NCBI GenBank assembly: GCA_041572615.1
Contig: JBFFSC010000001.1
Span: forward strand, 6,050 to 70,049
DNA from: Sulfurimonadaceae bacterium
GTDB lineage: Bacteria; Campylobacterota; Campylobacteria; Campylobacterales; Sulfurimonadaceae
Reading direction: 5' to 3'
DNA: 64,000 bases
Shown here one piece after another: positions 1 to 9,512 of this stretch. The position numbers and the translations under genes were made by a program. How positions within the stretch are numbered: position 1 is the first letter of the stretch; every line of letters begins with the position of its first letter. Below the pieces are notes generated by a model. The model saw nothing but the letters and a program-made list of their open reading frames with translations, searched no databases and was not told where the DNA came from.

Positions 1-354
1 TTTGCGATGGTCTTGGAGCATGACAACAACATCAGAAGCATAAAGTGTGATGAAGAAGACGATGCAGTACGTTACGAAAGGCTATTGGAAGCATTGAGGG
101 ATGAGGCCAAAGAAGATAGGATAACTGCCATTGCACTGCTCTCAAATGTCACAATCCCGGACAACTTTTCACCTGCTGTATCAAGCGGCATACGTATACA
201 CATCGAAGAAAAGGCATTCCAGGCAGAGAACAAGCTCTCTGCGAGACTTCTTTATATCCCTTACCAGCTCTATAGAACCAAAGAAGACCCTACCGTTCAG
301 ATTCAACTGCACAACCCTATTCCTGTGGGAATGGCATGTGAGATCTTTATCTAG
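1..354 (+). CDS. hypothetical protein, C-terminal part (ORF open to the left edge)
   Basis: Frame 1 is open from nt 1 to TAG at 352-354. I recognise no family motif in the 115 aa shown. Confidence 0.35.
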   Translation, partial: FAMVLEHDNNIRSIKCDEEDDAVRYERLLEALRDEAKEDRITAIALLSNVTIPDNFSPAVSSGIRIHIEEKAFQAENKLSARLLYIPYQLYRTKEDPTVQIQLHNPIPVGMACEIFI

Positions 355-367
355 ACATTCGTGTAAA

Positions 368-871
368 CTATTCAGCCTCTGCTTCAGGAGTTGTCATCAA
401 AGCCCAATTGCTGTTCGATTCAGTCAGCATGGCATCGATATCTCTAAACCACTCCTCTTTGGCATCTTCATCGTTAAACAGATAAAGCTGCTTGTTATGA
501 ATATGCCAATACCGAGGGTCGCTCTCCTCTATATCGCCTTCAGCCACTTCATACGCACAGAAACCGCCATAGACCGGGATATAGGCTTCAGGGTTCGTCT
601 TAAAGGCTTCAAGGTTCTCATTTGATTCAAAATACCATGTCAAGCCCTTGTAACTGTAGCTGAATGTCGCATCTGCCTTGTATGCTTTCGATGCCGTAAA
701 ATATGCTACGGGGTCATACCCGTCAATGGCTATCTCTTCTACGCTCATAATCTCTTCGGGTACCGCTGTCTTGGAACATGCAGCCATGCCAAACACAACT
801 ACAGCTGCTATCATAAGTTTAACTATATTTTTACTAAAATCTATAAACATCATCTGCCTTTTTAAGTGCAA
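368..871 (-). CDS. YHS-domain lipoprotein (putative)
   Basis: Hydrophobic N-terminus ending in a lipobox-like FGMAAC. GYDPVAYF and GGFCAY motifs are typical of YHS-domain proteins. The true start may be an internal Met (about 853). Confidence 0.6.
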   Translation of the reverse strand: MHLKRQMMFIDFSKNIVKLMIAAVVVFGMAACSKTAVPEEIMSVEEIAIDGYDPVAYFTASKAYKADATFSYSYKGLTWYFESNENLEAFKTNPEAYIPVYGGFCAYEVAEGDIEESDPRYWHIHNKQLYLFNDEDAKEEWFRDIDAMLTESNSNWALMTTPEAEAE

Positions 872-899
872 TTATACCAATCTTCTTTACAATGTCGTC

Positions 900-1787
900 A
901 TGAATAACACAAATACGATCAATGGGCTTTTCCATATCCCGGATGAAGGAAGTTTTCTTAAGAAACTCATCCTTCAACACCCTACAGTATACAATCCGGA
1001 TGTCGTCATTGCCTTTAAAGCACTGCAGGAGCTTTATCCGGACCTGCAGCTTATCCATAAAGAGCATTACTTCTCTCTTTTATTGCCGACACACTCGCCG
1101 GGACTTACGCTCGAAGCGATGCTGATTACGACAACAGACGAAGATGAAAAGCTTTTCAGTATTTACCACCGACTACATTTCGATGAGGATATCTACCCTC
1201 AGGGTCCACAGCTCATTGAAGCCGATGCCTTCTTGCAACTCGGTGCCGTCATAGTCAATGTACCCTTGAATAATCGTACAGAAGCTTTGGGGAGTCTCTT
1301 GAACTATCAAGTCCAAGAAGCACTGGAGATCGAGATCACCATGCTTACTCTTGCTGATGGTGACATTCAGACTGTTCAGGAAAACATCATACCCTTTATC
1401 AACAATACGATCGGTCGTCACATGCTGGCTTGCAGATTGGATGACATAGCGTATGTGCGCCCTGTAGAAAAAGAAGAACTGTGCCGTCTTATTGCCACTT
1501 ATTGTGACCTCCCTATGCACAGTGTGGCAAAAGGCATTGAAAGCCTTGAAGATTTCACAGCTGACATATTAAGGTCTGAAGATGCTTTCATACCGGACTT
1601 TGCATCGTCTACTGCCTGTCTGATGTTTTTGCTGCTGGAGAAAAAGACATCCACTGCTATGCTTGAAAATGGAGGCCTCAGTATGATCAATACGTTTTTA
1701 CGTGATAAAAGAGAGTTATACCGCTTGCACGATATAAAAGCTGAAGGTGAGCTACTGGGAAACTTCCAGCAACTCGGTGATGTGTAA
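900..1787 (+). CDS. hypothetical protein
   Basis: Long ORF 678..1787. Its first 74 codons overlap the divergent gene 368..871, so ATG 900 (MNNTNT...) is taken as the start. No recognisable motif. Confidence 0.5.
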   Translation: MNNTNTINGLFHIPDEGSFLKKLILQHPTVYNPDVVIAFKALQELYPDLQLIHKEHYFSLLLPTHSPGLTLEAMLITTTDEDEKLFSIYHRLHFDEDIYPQGPQLIEADAFLQLGAVIVNVPLNNRTEALGSLLNYQVQEALEIEITMLTLADGDIQTVQENIIPFINNTIGRHMLACRLDDIAYVRPVEKEELCRLIATYCDLPMHSVAKGIESLEDFTADILRSEDAFIPDFASSTACLMFLLLEKKTSTAMLENGGLSMINTFLRDKRELYRLHDIKAEGELLGNFQQLGDV

Positions 1788-1797
1788 AAGACAGGGT

Positions 1798-2235
1798 CTA
1801 GTTATTGACTTCCTGTGCACTGCTAGGGTCAAACCACTGTGCCAACACCTGGCTGTCTTTTGAAGATACTTTTGCAAGACTTTTATCGTACCAATACGCT
1901 GATTTGACAAGGTCAACAGTCGTACCGATGCCTTGCATATATCTATACCCTACCGTCTGTTGTGCACTTCTCATACCCTGTTCTGCTGCTTTTTCATACC
2001 AATAAAGCGCCTTGACATCATCCTTGGCAACTCCTTGAGCAAATTCATACATACCGGCACAGAAGTTTTGTGCTTTCATATCACCCTTATGTGCCAGTTT
2101 AGAGTAGATGGCAAACGCTTTTGTGTAGTCTTCGTCCATAAAGGCTTTTTGCGCATCCTCGAGACCTTGAACAGACTCAGCCATCAATACCGTGCCAAAG
2201 AGTGTCGAGATCAAAAACAGACTTATCTTCTTCAT
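1798..2235 (-). CDS. Sel1-repeat (TPR-like) secreted protein
   Basis: Signal peptide MKKISLFLISTLFGTVLMA. Repeated A.Y..G.GV..D...A..WY.KAA units (ALYWYEKAAEQG, SAYWYDKS) are typical of Sel1 repeats. Confidence 0.8.
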   Translation of the reverse strand: MKKISLFLISTLFGTVLMAESVQGLEDAQKAFMDEDYTKAFAIYSKLAHKGDMKAQNFCAGMYEFAQGVAKDDVKALYWYEKAAEQGMRSAQQTVGYRYMQGIGTTVDLVKSAYWYDKSLAKVSSKDSQVLAQWFDPSSAQEVNN

Positions 2236-2392
2236 ACAAAAACCTTTTATCTTTTTTTTGTGATAAAGACAGTTTATATGGGAAAAGTAAACGGATGGAA
2301 ACCGTGTCGATAAGGGGAATAAAGGGTGTTTTTTAGTATTATGAAATGTTCTTTTATTATAGGATAAAGAGCGTCAACTCTTCATCAAGAGA

Positions 2393-2866
2393 CTACATCA
2401 TAAACAAGAAGTAGTAGATTCCTACACCCTGTGCGATTGTCACAAATATCCCTATCACAAGGATTCGGGCAAGCTTTTTATGCTTTTTGGCGACCTCTCC
2501 TGTCAAGGTCCCCTTTCTGTAGGCTTTTACAGAGCTTATCAACTGATACGACCAGAGATTGAAAGTCGCGATTGCCACAAGAATATGTACGATCAAAAAG
2601 CTTATGAAAAAGTTGTAAGAGACCGGACTGGCCTTCAAGTACTCCTGAAAACCTCCTGACAGGCGCATACCCGCTTCGAAGATCACGACAAAGACAAGTG
2701 TCAATACAAAGATGATCACTTGCGAGATGAAGTGTTTTTTTATTTCACCCTTCACTGCCCATCGGATTGAGAAAAAAAGCATAAAAGGGAGTACGAAGAA
2801 AAAGACTCCAACAATATCCAAATACATCGGTGCACGCGTACCCATGAAACCAGATTCAAAAAACAT
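2393..2866 (-). CDS. small multi-pass membrane protein, DUF420-like
   Basis: 157 aa with four to five hydrophobic helices. Size and layout resemble the DUF420 family. The family call is by eye only. Confidence 0.5.
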   Translation of the reverse strand: MFFESGFMGTRAPMYLDIVGVFFFVLPFMLFFSIRWAVKGEIKKHFISQVIIFVLTLVFVVIFEAGMRLSGGFQEYLKASPVSYNFFISFLIVHILVAIATFNLWSYQLISSVKAYRKGTLTGEVAKKHKKLARILVIGIFVTIAQGVGIYYFLFMM

Positions 2867-3003
2867 AAACAGGCCTTATTTTTTTTAGAATAATAGCAGG
2901 TTTTTAGTTGAAGATGTAGGTTTACATAAAAAAACCATTGATTCCGTGCCGTAGTATGCCCATTTGTGTAATTATGCTAAGATGATATAAAAAAGACACT
3001 TTC

Positions 3004-3912
3004 ATGCAGACAGAGATAAACTTCATTGTAGACGAAATAGAAAAACGCATTGTCGGAAAACGTGAGAAGATTCAGCTTGCACTGTGTGCATTCCTTTCTG
3101 ACGGCCATCTTCTTATAGAAGATCTTCCCGGGGTCGGTAAGACCACGCTTGCAAAAGTGTTCAGCCGGGTACTTGGGCTAAAATACTCTCGTGTCCAATT
3201 TACTTCGGACCTGCTTCCCAGCGATATCCTGGGAATTAACTATTTTGATACGAGCAGTTCAAGTTTCCGTTTCAAAAAGGGTCCTATCTTTTCACAGTTC
3301 CTGCTTGCAGATGAAATCAACAGGGCCACGCCAAAAACACAGTCTGCTCTTCTCGAGGCGATGGAAGAGCACCAGATCAGTATTGATGGCAAGACGACAC
3401 ATCTTCCAGAACCCTTCTTTGTTATGGCGACCAAGAACCCCTTTGAAGAAGTCGGTACCTTTGAACTGCCAAGTTCCCAGTTGGACCGCTTTGCTATTTC
3501 TTTCTCCCTTGGCTATCCTGATCAGAGGTCAGAACGTGATATTCTAAGTAAAACTTCTCAGTTGCATCTTGATGAGCTTCAGAGCATTGAACTCGAAACA
3601 ATCAAGCGTCTAAGAGAGGCCGTCAATAAAGTCCATCTCAGCGAAGAGCTGCTTGACTACCTTCAGGAGATCCTCGCATTCACCAGAGACAGCGGACTTT
3701 ATACACAGGGTATCTCTACACGTGGTGCTCTCGCACTGACTCGACTTTCCAAGGCCTGGGCATTGATTCAGGACAGGGATTATGTCATCCCTTCTGATCT
3801 TGTTTTTTTGCTTCCTTACGTCACCGCGCACAGACTAAAGTCTAAAGAGGGCTCAGCAAGTCCAAGTGAAATCGCCAATGAAATTCTTTCAAACCTTCAT
3901 CCCGATTCTTAG
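3004..3912 (+). CDS. MoxR-family AAA+ ATPase
   Basis: Walker A LPGVGKTT, Walker B LLADEINRA, and TKNPFEEVGTFELPSSQLDRF, typical of MoxR/AAA_3. Confidence 0.9.
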   Translation: MQTEINFIVDEIEKRIVGKREKIQLALCAFLSDGHLLIEDLPGVGKTTLAKVFSRVLGLKYSRVQFTSDLLPSDILGINYFDTSSSSFRFKKGPIFSQFLLADEINRATPKTQSALLEAMEEHQISIDGKTTHLPEPFFVMATKNPFEEVGTFELPSSQLDRFAISFSLGYPDQRSERDILSKTSQLHLDELQSIELETIKRLREAVNKVHLSEELLDYLQEILAFTRDSGLYTQGISTRGALALTRLSKAWALIQDRDYVIPSDLVFLLPYVTAHRLKSKEGSASPSEIANEILSNLHPDS

Positions 3913-4750
3913 GGATATCAAGACCCGCCCGACAAAGTATTTTATTTTGTTGGTCTTGGCTATCGTCGGACTCTTTTCTTTGGCCTACATGCATAACTAC
4001 AATATTGTCTATCTGATGATGTTCTTCATTTTTTCACTTGCGGGAGCTTCAAGTATCATCGGTCGTCTGAACCTTTATGACCTGAAGGCTGAAATAGTCT
4101 CTGCACAAAACTTTTTTGCCAATAAGACAACACCCTATACTATTAGAATTTCAAACCCGAGTGAACGCGACTCTTTTGCTCTGGAATGCAGCAGCCTTGA
4201 CTCCAAAGCGTTTATTCAGGAACTTCCCGCCTTGAAAAGCAAGACGGTCACCTTGACATGCACACCTCTTCAAAGAGGTCGTTTCCGACTTCCTGCTTTA
4301 CGTATCAGCTCTCACTTCCCTCTTCCCCATGAGATACTGTTTAAAGAGATAGACTTCGATAGTGAGACCATAGTCTATCCTGAGCCAAAAGGTGAAGACC
4401 TTCAAAGCTTTACATCGCGAAACCGCTCTTTCTTTGGTGAACATGACGACTTTGACGGTATCCGTCCCTTTCGTGAAGGAGAAGCACTCTCCCTGATCCA
4501 TTGGCCTTCACTGGCAAAGGGCGAGTCGCTCATGGCTAAAGAGTTTGTCATGCTGGAAAAAAGCAGGCACCTTCAATTTGACTTCTTGAGCTGTTCAGAT
4601 AATGATGAAGACAGGCTATCCCAACTTTGTCTTTGGGCATTAGAGTGTCAAGAAAAGGGCATAGAATACACCATGAGTTTCCCAAATACTGATTTGGACT
4701 CACGAAAAAGGAGTCATCATGAAATTCTTCAATTTCTTGCACTCTACTAA
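3878..4750 (+). CDS. DUF58 domain protein (MoxR partner)
   Basis: N-terminal TM pair, then FDGIRPFREGEALSLIHWPSLAK, the DUF58 signature. It lies directly after moxR. ATG 3878 is preferred over GTG 3866. Confidence 0.85.
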   Translation: MKFFQTFIPILRDIKTRPTKYFILLVLAIVGLFSLAYMHNYNIVYLMMFFIFSLAGASSIIGRLNLYDLKAEIVSAQNFFANKTTPYTIRISNPSERDSFALECSSLDSKAFIQELPALKSKTVTLTCTPLQRGRFRLPALRISSHFPLPHEILFKEIDFDSETIVYPEPKGEDLQSFTSRNRSFFGEHDDFDGIRPFREGEALSLIHWPSLAKGESLMAKEFVMLEKSRHLQFDFLSCSDNDEDRLSQLCLWALECQEKGIEYTMSFPNTDLDSRKRSHHEILQFLALY

Positions 4751-6680
4751 ACGCCTGAGCCAACAGTCTTTGCTTGATATTGCTCTTGCTCTCTCGATTA
4801 TTCCCCACCTGTTTACACTTAAAGTGCCTATGTTGGTCTATCTGGCCATTACACTGGTCTTTATTATCAGGAAGAAAAATTCAAAAAAAGTCATTATCAC
4901 CTTCTCTGTTTTGGGACTTGTCGCTATCGCTTTGAGTTTTTTTGCCGAATACAATTTTTCAAACTTTTCCAGGCTACTGGTCTTTATCTCCTTACTGATC
5001 TCTTTGTTGACCTATGCGGTATTGTTGCAACGACTTACACAAACACTCAACTTTTACCTCCTGATCTCACCTGCGATGTTGATGGTACTCTCCTTTTTCT
5101 TTTTTAATTCTATCGGGATGCTCTTTTATGCTCTTTTCACTCTCTTCATCTTTACCTTTTTGGTACTTTATGAACGAATGCAGAGTAGTGTTGCCAATGT
5201 CCTGCGGATCAACGGTTTATTGTTTCTCTTTTCCCTGCCTATTGTGGCACTCCTTTTTCTTACCTTTCCGAGGATATCGTACAAAAAGGCACGCTTCGGT
5301 TTTTCTGCTGAGGAGATCAAGCGCACAGGACATGACGGGACCATGCATATTGACTCCAATGCCATGCTTGTCCCTTCACCAAAACTCGTAATGGAGGTCA
5401 CCTTCGAAGGCCAGATTCCATCAAACCACAGTCTCTATTTCAGGGGTTCTGTTCTCTATACGGACATGGGTACACGCTGGGTTCAGGACAAAAGGGTCTA
5501 TACAGAAAAAACACTCCCCCGTGAAGTCGAAAACATCATAAACTATAAAGTCAAACTCTATCCCCATGACAAACAGTGGCTTTATATGCTGGACATTCCT
5601 CTTCTTCAGCCTCTCAAAACGACGATAGACAAAGACTTTATCACTCGAAACCACCAGTTGGTCAAAGAGACCCTGTATTATGATGGGCGTTCCGCCTTGG
5701 AATACACACTGCCAAAAGAGTATCCGCAGATCCTCACGAAGGCACTTCGGGTTGACAAAAACCGCGATCCAAGGACCTACGCTGCTCTGATGAATACCAT
5801 TGATACCAGGGCTGATGATATGAGTAAGGCTAACGGCCTTTTGAAGTTCTTCTCTGATTTACAACTCTCCTATTCACTCAAGCCTAAGAGAATTGACCTG
5901 GAACACCCTGTTGATTCTTTTCTCTTTGACTCCAAGATCGGTTATTGTGTTCATTTTGCCTCGGCCTTCGCCTCCAGCGCGCGTATGATCGGTATCCCTT
6001 CACGGATAGTAACGGGCTATAAGGCTGATCGGACCAACGCTATCAACAACTACCTGCTAATCAAAGAAGCTGATGCGCATGCATGGGTCGAACTCTACTT
6101 GAAGACAAAAGGATGGGTAAGATTTGAGCCCACATCAACAGCGTGGCGCACCCTGGCACCGGATAACCCTCAAGTATCAAATGCCTATACCAGTGCCTCA
6201 TTGAAACTCTCGAACATGCAGAAACTCTTCAAGCAGATCAATATCTATTATATGTACACACGCTATGTCATAAACAACTGGATCATTCAATACAGCCGTA
6301 TCAAACAGATGTCACTCTTAAACGAACTGCTTACAAACACAATATTTCTCTTGAAGTTCCTGGGCTCGGTTGTTGTCTTTATCCTGCTTTGTATCATCTC
6401 TTTTCTCTTCCTTCAGCGAAGCAGCTGTGATGATCCGGTGCTGTGTGAGATGAAGAGACTCATTAAAGCCTTGAAAGCAAAAGGGGTTGAAAGAAGACGC
6501 GGTGAAACGATGTCTGCTTTTTTGCAAAGGGCTAAAGCAAAGACTCTCTACCACAATGAGATTGAGGAGATAAACAGGCTATATCATCTGTACCGGTATG
6601 CTGATATGAAAGACGATGCACTTCTGGCACAACTGCGCAGTAAAGTCCTCGCCTTAAGAAGATCGCTTAAGAACGGCTAG
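4719..6680 (+). CDS. transglutaminase-like membrane protein (TgpA-type, DUF3488 + TGase core)
   Basis: Multi-TM N-terminal half. Cys-His-Asp core GYCVHFASAF ... DAHAWVELY ... RFEPT. AGGAG lies 7 nt before the ATG. Confidence 0.85.
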   Translation: MKFFNFLHSTKRLSQQSLLDIALALSIIPHLFTLKVPMLVYLAITLVFIIRKKNSKKVIITFSVLGLVAIALSFFAEYNFSNFSRLLVFISLLISLLTYAVLLQRLTQTLNFYLLISPAMLMVLSFFFFNSIGMLFYALFTLFIFTFLVLYERMQSSVANVLRINGLLFLFSLPIVALLFLTFPRISYKKARFGFSAEEIKRTGHDGTMHIDSNAMLVPSPKLVMEVTFEGQIPSNHSLYFRGSVLYTDMGTRWVQDKRVYTEKTLPREVENIINYKVKLYPHDKQWLYMLDIPLLQPLKTTIDKDFITRNHQLVKETLYYDGRSALEYTLPKEYPQILTKALRVDKNRDPRTYAALMNTIDTRADDMSKANGLLKFFSDLQLSYSLKPKRIDLEHPVDSFLFDSKIGYCVHFASAFASSARMIGIPSRIVTGYKADRTNAINNYLLIKEADAHAWVELYLKTKGWVRFEPTSTAWRTLAPDNPQVSNAYTSASLKLSNMQKLFKQINIYYMYTRYVINNWIIQYSRIKQMSLLNELLTNTIFLLKFLGSVVVFILLCIISFLFLQRSSCDDPVLCEMKRLIKALKAKGVERRRGETMSAFLQRAKAKTLYHNEIEEINRLYHLYRYADMKDDALLAQLRSKVLALRRSLKNG

Positions 6681-7239
6681 TCACTTCAACGATATGATAC
6701 CCGAACTGGGTCTTGACAATATGCAGGGTATTCAAGGCTTCATTAAAACAGACCTTGTCAAACTCCGGAACCATCTGTCCCGGTCTGAATTCACCCAGTT
6801 CTCCGCCATTGTTCTTTGAAGGACATGATGAGTTTTCCATGGCGACCTTGGCAAAGTCGGCACCTGCTTCAATTTCTGACTTCAACTGTTGACACTTCTC
6901 TTCACTGTCCACAAGAATATGACGTGCAGTTGCCGTCACCACGACCGGTTCTTCAACCTCTGCGCGACTTGTCACTTCGACGATATGGTATCCAAACTGT
7001 GTTTGTACAATATGAAGGACGTTGATCTCATCATTGAAACACACCTTGTCAAACTCCGGGACCATCTGCCCCTGTGTAAACTCACCCAGGTCTCCACCAT
7101 TGTTCTTTGAAGGACATGATGAATTTTCCATCGCAACCTTGGCAAAGTCAGCTCCCGCTTCGATCTGGGCTTTCAACTCTTTACACTTCTCTTCGTTGTC
7201 AACTAATATATGGCGAGCACTTGCAACTATCATAATCAT
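6667..7239 (-). CDS. peptidylprolyl isomerase with two tandem PpiC/Par10-type parvulin domains
   Basis: ARHILV...SSCPSKNNGG(D/E)LGEF...QFGYHIVEVTSR occurs twice (aa 8-92 and 105-189), joined by AEVEEPVVVTAT. No signal peptide. Confidence 0.85.
   Translation of the reverse strand: MIMIVASARHILVDNEEKCKELKAQIEAGADFAKVAMENSSCPSKNNGGDLGEFTQGQMVPEFDKVCFNDEINVLHIVQTQFGYHIVEVTSRAEVEEPVVVTATARHILVDSEEKCQQLKSEIEAGADFAKVAMENSSCPSKNNGGELGEFRPGQMVPEFDKVCFNEALNTLHIVKTQFGYHIVEVTSRS
6673..7218 (-). repeat. intragenic tandem duplication, 291-nt period (two parvulin modules)
   Basis: attgttctttgaaggacatgatga occurs at 6808 and 7099. The flanking DNA aligns throughout with scattered substitutions. Confidence 0.85.
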
Positions 7240-7287
7240 TCCTCTGTTTTGTTTTTTTGAAATCGTACACTAAACCTCTTTACAAAT

Positions 7288-7296
7288 TGGTATAAT
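7288..7296 (+). promoter_or_regulatory. extended -10 promoter element TGgTATAAT
   Basis: ttggtataat with TATAAT at 7291-7296, 31 nt before ATG 7327, in an AT-rich intergenic region. Confidence 0.4.
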
Positions 7297-7326
7297 ACAT
7301 GACAAAATAAACTATAGAAGAACAAC

Positions 7327-7851
7327 ATGAGCCTTATTTCAAGCATTAAACAACCGATCAAGAAGTTCACACAGAGTAAGATTCTTCCTTTCACCTTCAA
7401 CGTTTCCGAACAGCCTATGCTCTTTAAAGAGTTGATGCATGCCAATATGATCTACAACGACGGGATGAACCTTGAATACAACATGAAAGGCTTTCGTGTT
7501 CGTCTGGGACGTATATATTTTGTTTTCTTTATTCTATGGCTTCTGCTGTTGACACCGCCATCGCTGATCTTTCATACACTGCTTGCCAAGATAGACTGTC
7601 ATGCCCTGATATTATCGTCTATCGTCTTTACGGTACTGTTCTTTTCCACCTTTGCCCTGTTTAAGACATGGCTGATCGAACTTATATCCAAGCAGATCAT
7701 TACACAGGCATGGAAAAACCATTTCCCCCATTTCGATTACGACAAAAACTCAAAGAAAGTCTCAAAGATCTATGCTCAAGCCATTGAAAGCGGTATTACC
7801 AACAAAGACCTGCAGCACCATATTATTACAAAGATGGTAAGCGAAAAATAA
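7327..7851 (+). CDS. hypothetical membrane protein
   Basis: 174 aa with two to three hydrophobic helices in the middle (IYFVFFILWLLLL, ILSSIVFTVLFFSTFALF). No family recognised. Confidence 0.5.
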   Translation: MSLISSIKQPIKKFTQSKILPFTFNVSEQPMLFKELMHANMIYNDGMNLEYNMKGFRVRLGRIYFVFFILWLLLLTPPSLIFHTLLAKIDCHALILSSIVFTVLFFSTFALFKTWLIELISKQIITQAWKNHFPHFDYDKNSKKVSKIYAQAIESGITNKDLQHHIITKMVSEK

Positions 7852-7877
7852 GATCAAAACCCTATAATGCAGTCTCC

Positions 7878-9431
7878 TTAGTCAGCATACACCCTCATGA
7901 TCTTCTTCACGTAGGCAATATCAGAAAAAAACAGCTCCACAAGTGTCGGATCAAAATGACTCCCTTTATGCGACTGCATATATCCCATTGCATCTTCAAA
8001 GCTCCAGGCCTCTTTATAGCATCGACGGTGTGACAGTGCGTCAAAGACATCTGCAATAGCGACAATGCGGCCGTATAGATTTATCTGCCGTCCTTGCAGC
8101 CCTCTGGGATATCCGGATCCGTCATATTTTTCATGATGTTCATGTGCTACTATCGCAGCCGCTTTCAGTATGGGTCGGGTCGAGTTTTTTAAGATGTTAT
8201 ACCCCAGTGTCGCATGCGACTTTATCACTTCAAACTCTTCATCTGTAAGTTTCCCCGGTTTAAGCAGGACACTGTCTTCTATTCCTATCTTGCCAACGTC
8301 ATGCAGTGGTGAGGCATATTTGAGTATGCTGCTTTCTGATTCATCCAAACCTGACTTCTTAGCCAGGTAATAGGCATATTCACACACTCTCTTTACATGG
8401 TTGGCTGTCTCTTTGGAACGACTTTCAACGACTTCACTCAATGTCTGGATTACCTCATTTTGGGTATCTACGACTTCCTTGTCCAGATAGAGGTTCTCAA
8501 ATGCGATAGCGACATTTGAGGAGTAGATATCCAAAAGACGTTTGTCATCATCTGTTATGTGTTTGCAGCCATCAACATATAGCATGTTTACCTGTCCGTT
8601 ACTTGACTTGAAATAATCGATAAAGATCTCATCAAAGAACATCGACTTCTCTTCTTTAAGAACCGTCGCCAGCATTTCTTTGAGCTCATCCTCGGCATAT
8701 TCATCGATCGTGTTGTTCTCATACTCGGCAAATTTTCCTGTACCGGCAAGGACTGACAGACCCTCCGGACCGCTTGATAGACTAAGACCGTCTATTTGCA
8801 GGTAAACAGAGTTTTTATTTAAGTTCAAAATCGAGATAAGCTGGCGCAAAGCCCCTCTGGCAAAATCTTGTAAGGAATGGGTCTCAAAAAGGTTGGCAGA
8901 GGCTTCTATGATCTGCTCAAGCCCTTTACGGTTTTGATCGATCACCATACGTTTATGTTCTATATTGATCAGGTCTCTGTAGGAGCGTATGGATGCTATG
9001 ACTGTTGTAAAAAGCTTGTCTACGGTCAGTTCTGTCTTCTCTTTGTAATCATTAATATCAAGTTCGACAACCACTTCCCTTTGCGGTGCCTGTCCCGGCT
9101 GTCCTGTTCGCAAGACTATGCGAACCAGCTTGTTCTGAAGTTCGTTTCTTACATACTTCACAAATTCAAGACCGGCATCATCAGTCTCCATGACCACATC
9201 AAGTAAGATAAGAGCTGTATCGGGATGTTCTTTCAGCTTATCTTTCGCTTCAGAACCGCTATGAGCATGAACGAGAAGGAGATCCTTTCCTTCAAACTCA
9301 AAGCCTTTTAAAACAGCTTTTGTAATTGCATGTACCTCTTCATCGTCATCTACGACTAATATCTTCCAGCTTGATTCCGGTTTGATAGGGTGTTGTACCT
9401 CTTCGGCAAACTCAAACAACATACTCGCCAT
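7878..9431 (-). CDS. response regulator with HD-GYP c-di-GMP phosphodiesterase domain
   Basis: REC domain (ILVVDDDEEVH ... LILLDVVM). The C-terminal HD-GYP domain has HDVGKIGI and HHEKYDGSGYPRGL. A central region of about 170 aa is of unknown type. Confidence 0.9.
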   Translation of the reverse strand: MASMLFEFAEEVQHPIKPESSWKILVVDDDEEVHAITKAVLKGFEFEGKDLLLVHAHSGSEAKDKLKEHPDTALILLDVVMETDDAGLEFVKYVRNELQNKLVRIVLRTGQPGQAPQREVVVELDINDYKEKTELTVDKLFTTVIASIRSYRDLINIEHKRMVIDQNRKGLEQIIEASANLFETHSLQDFARGALRQLISILNLNKNSVYLQIDGLSLSSGPEGLSVLAGTGKFAEYENNTIDEYAEDELKEMLATVLKEEKSMFFDEIFIDYFKSSNGQVNMLYVDGCKHITDDDKRLLDIYSSNVAIAFENLYLDKEVVDTQNEVIQTLSEVVESRSKETANHVKRVCEYAYYLAKKSGLDESESSILKYASPLHDVGKIGIEDSVLLKPGKLTDEEFEVIKSHATLGYNILKNSTRPILKAAAIVAHEHHEKYDGSGYPRGLQGRQINLYGRIVAIADVFDALSHRRCYKEAWSFEDAMGYMQSHKGSHFDPTLVELFFSDIAYVKKIMRVYAD

Positions 9432-9512
9432 TGTACACCTCGATCAGGGCTTTCCTTTGACAGACAAGTACTGCCAAGAAGCCAGCTACTATTTGAAATA
9501 CTTATATATTTA

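Noticed and set aside
678-899. N-terminal extensions in the ORF track (678, 14162, 21077, 37290, 39778, 52583, 54128, 58962, 61313)
   Set aside because: The extensions overlap the preceding gene and lack an RBS. Internal ATGs with good RBS or stop-start overlap give proteins that begin at the conserved family N-termini, so I used the trimmed starts.
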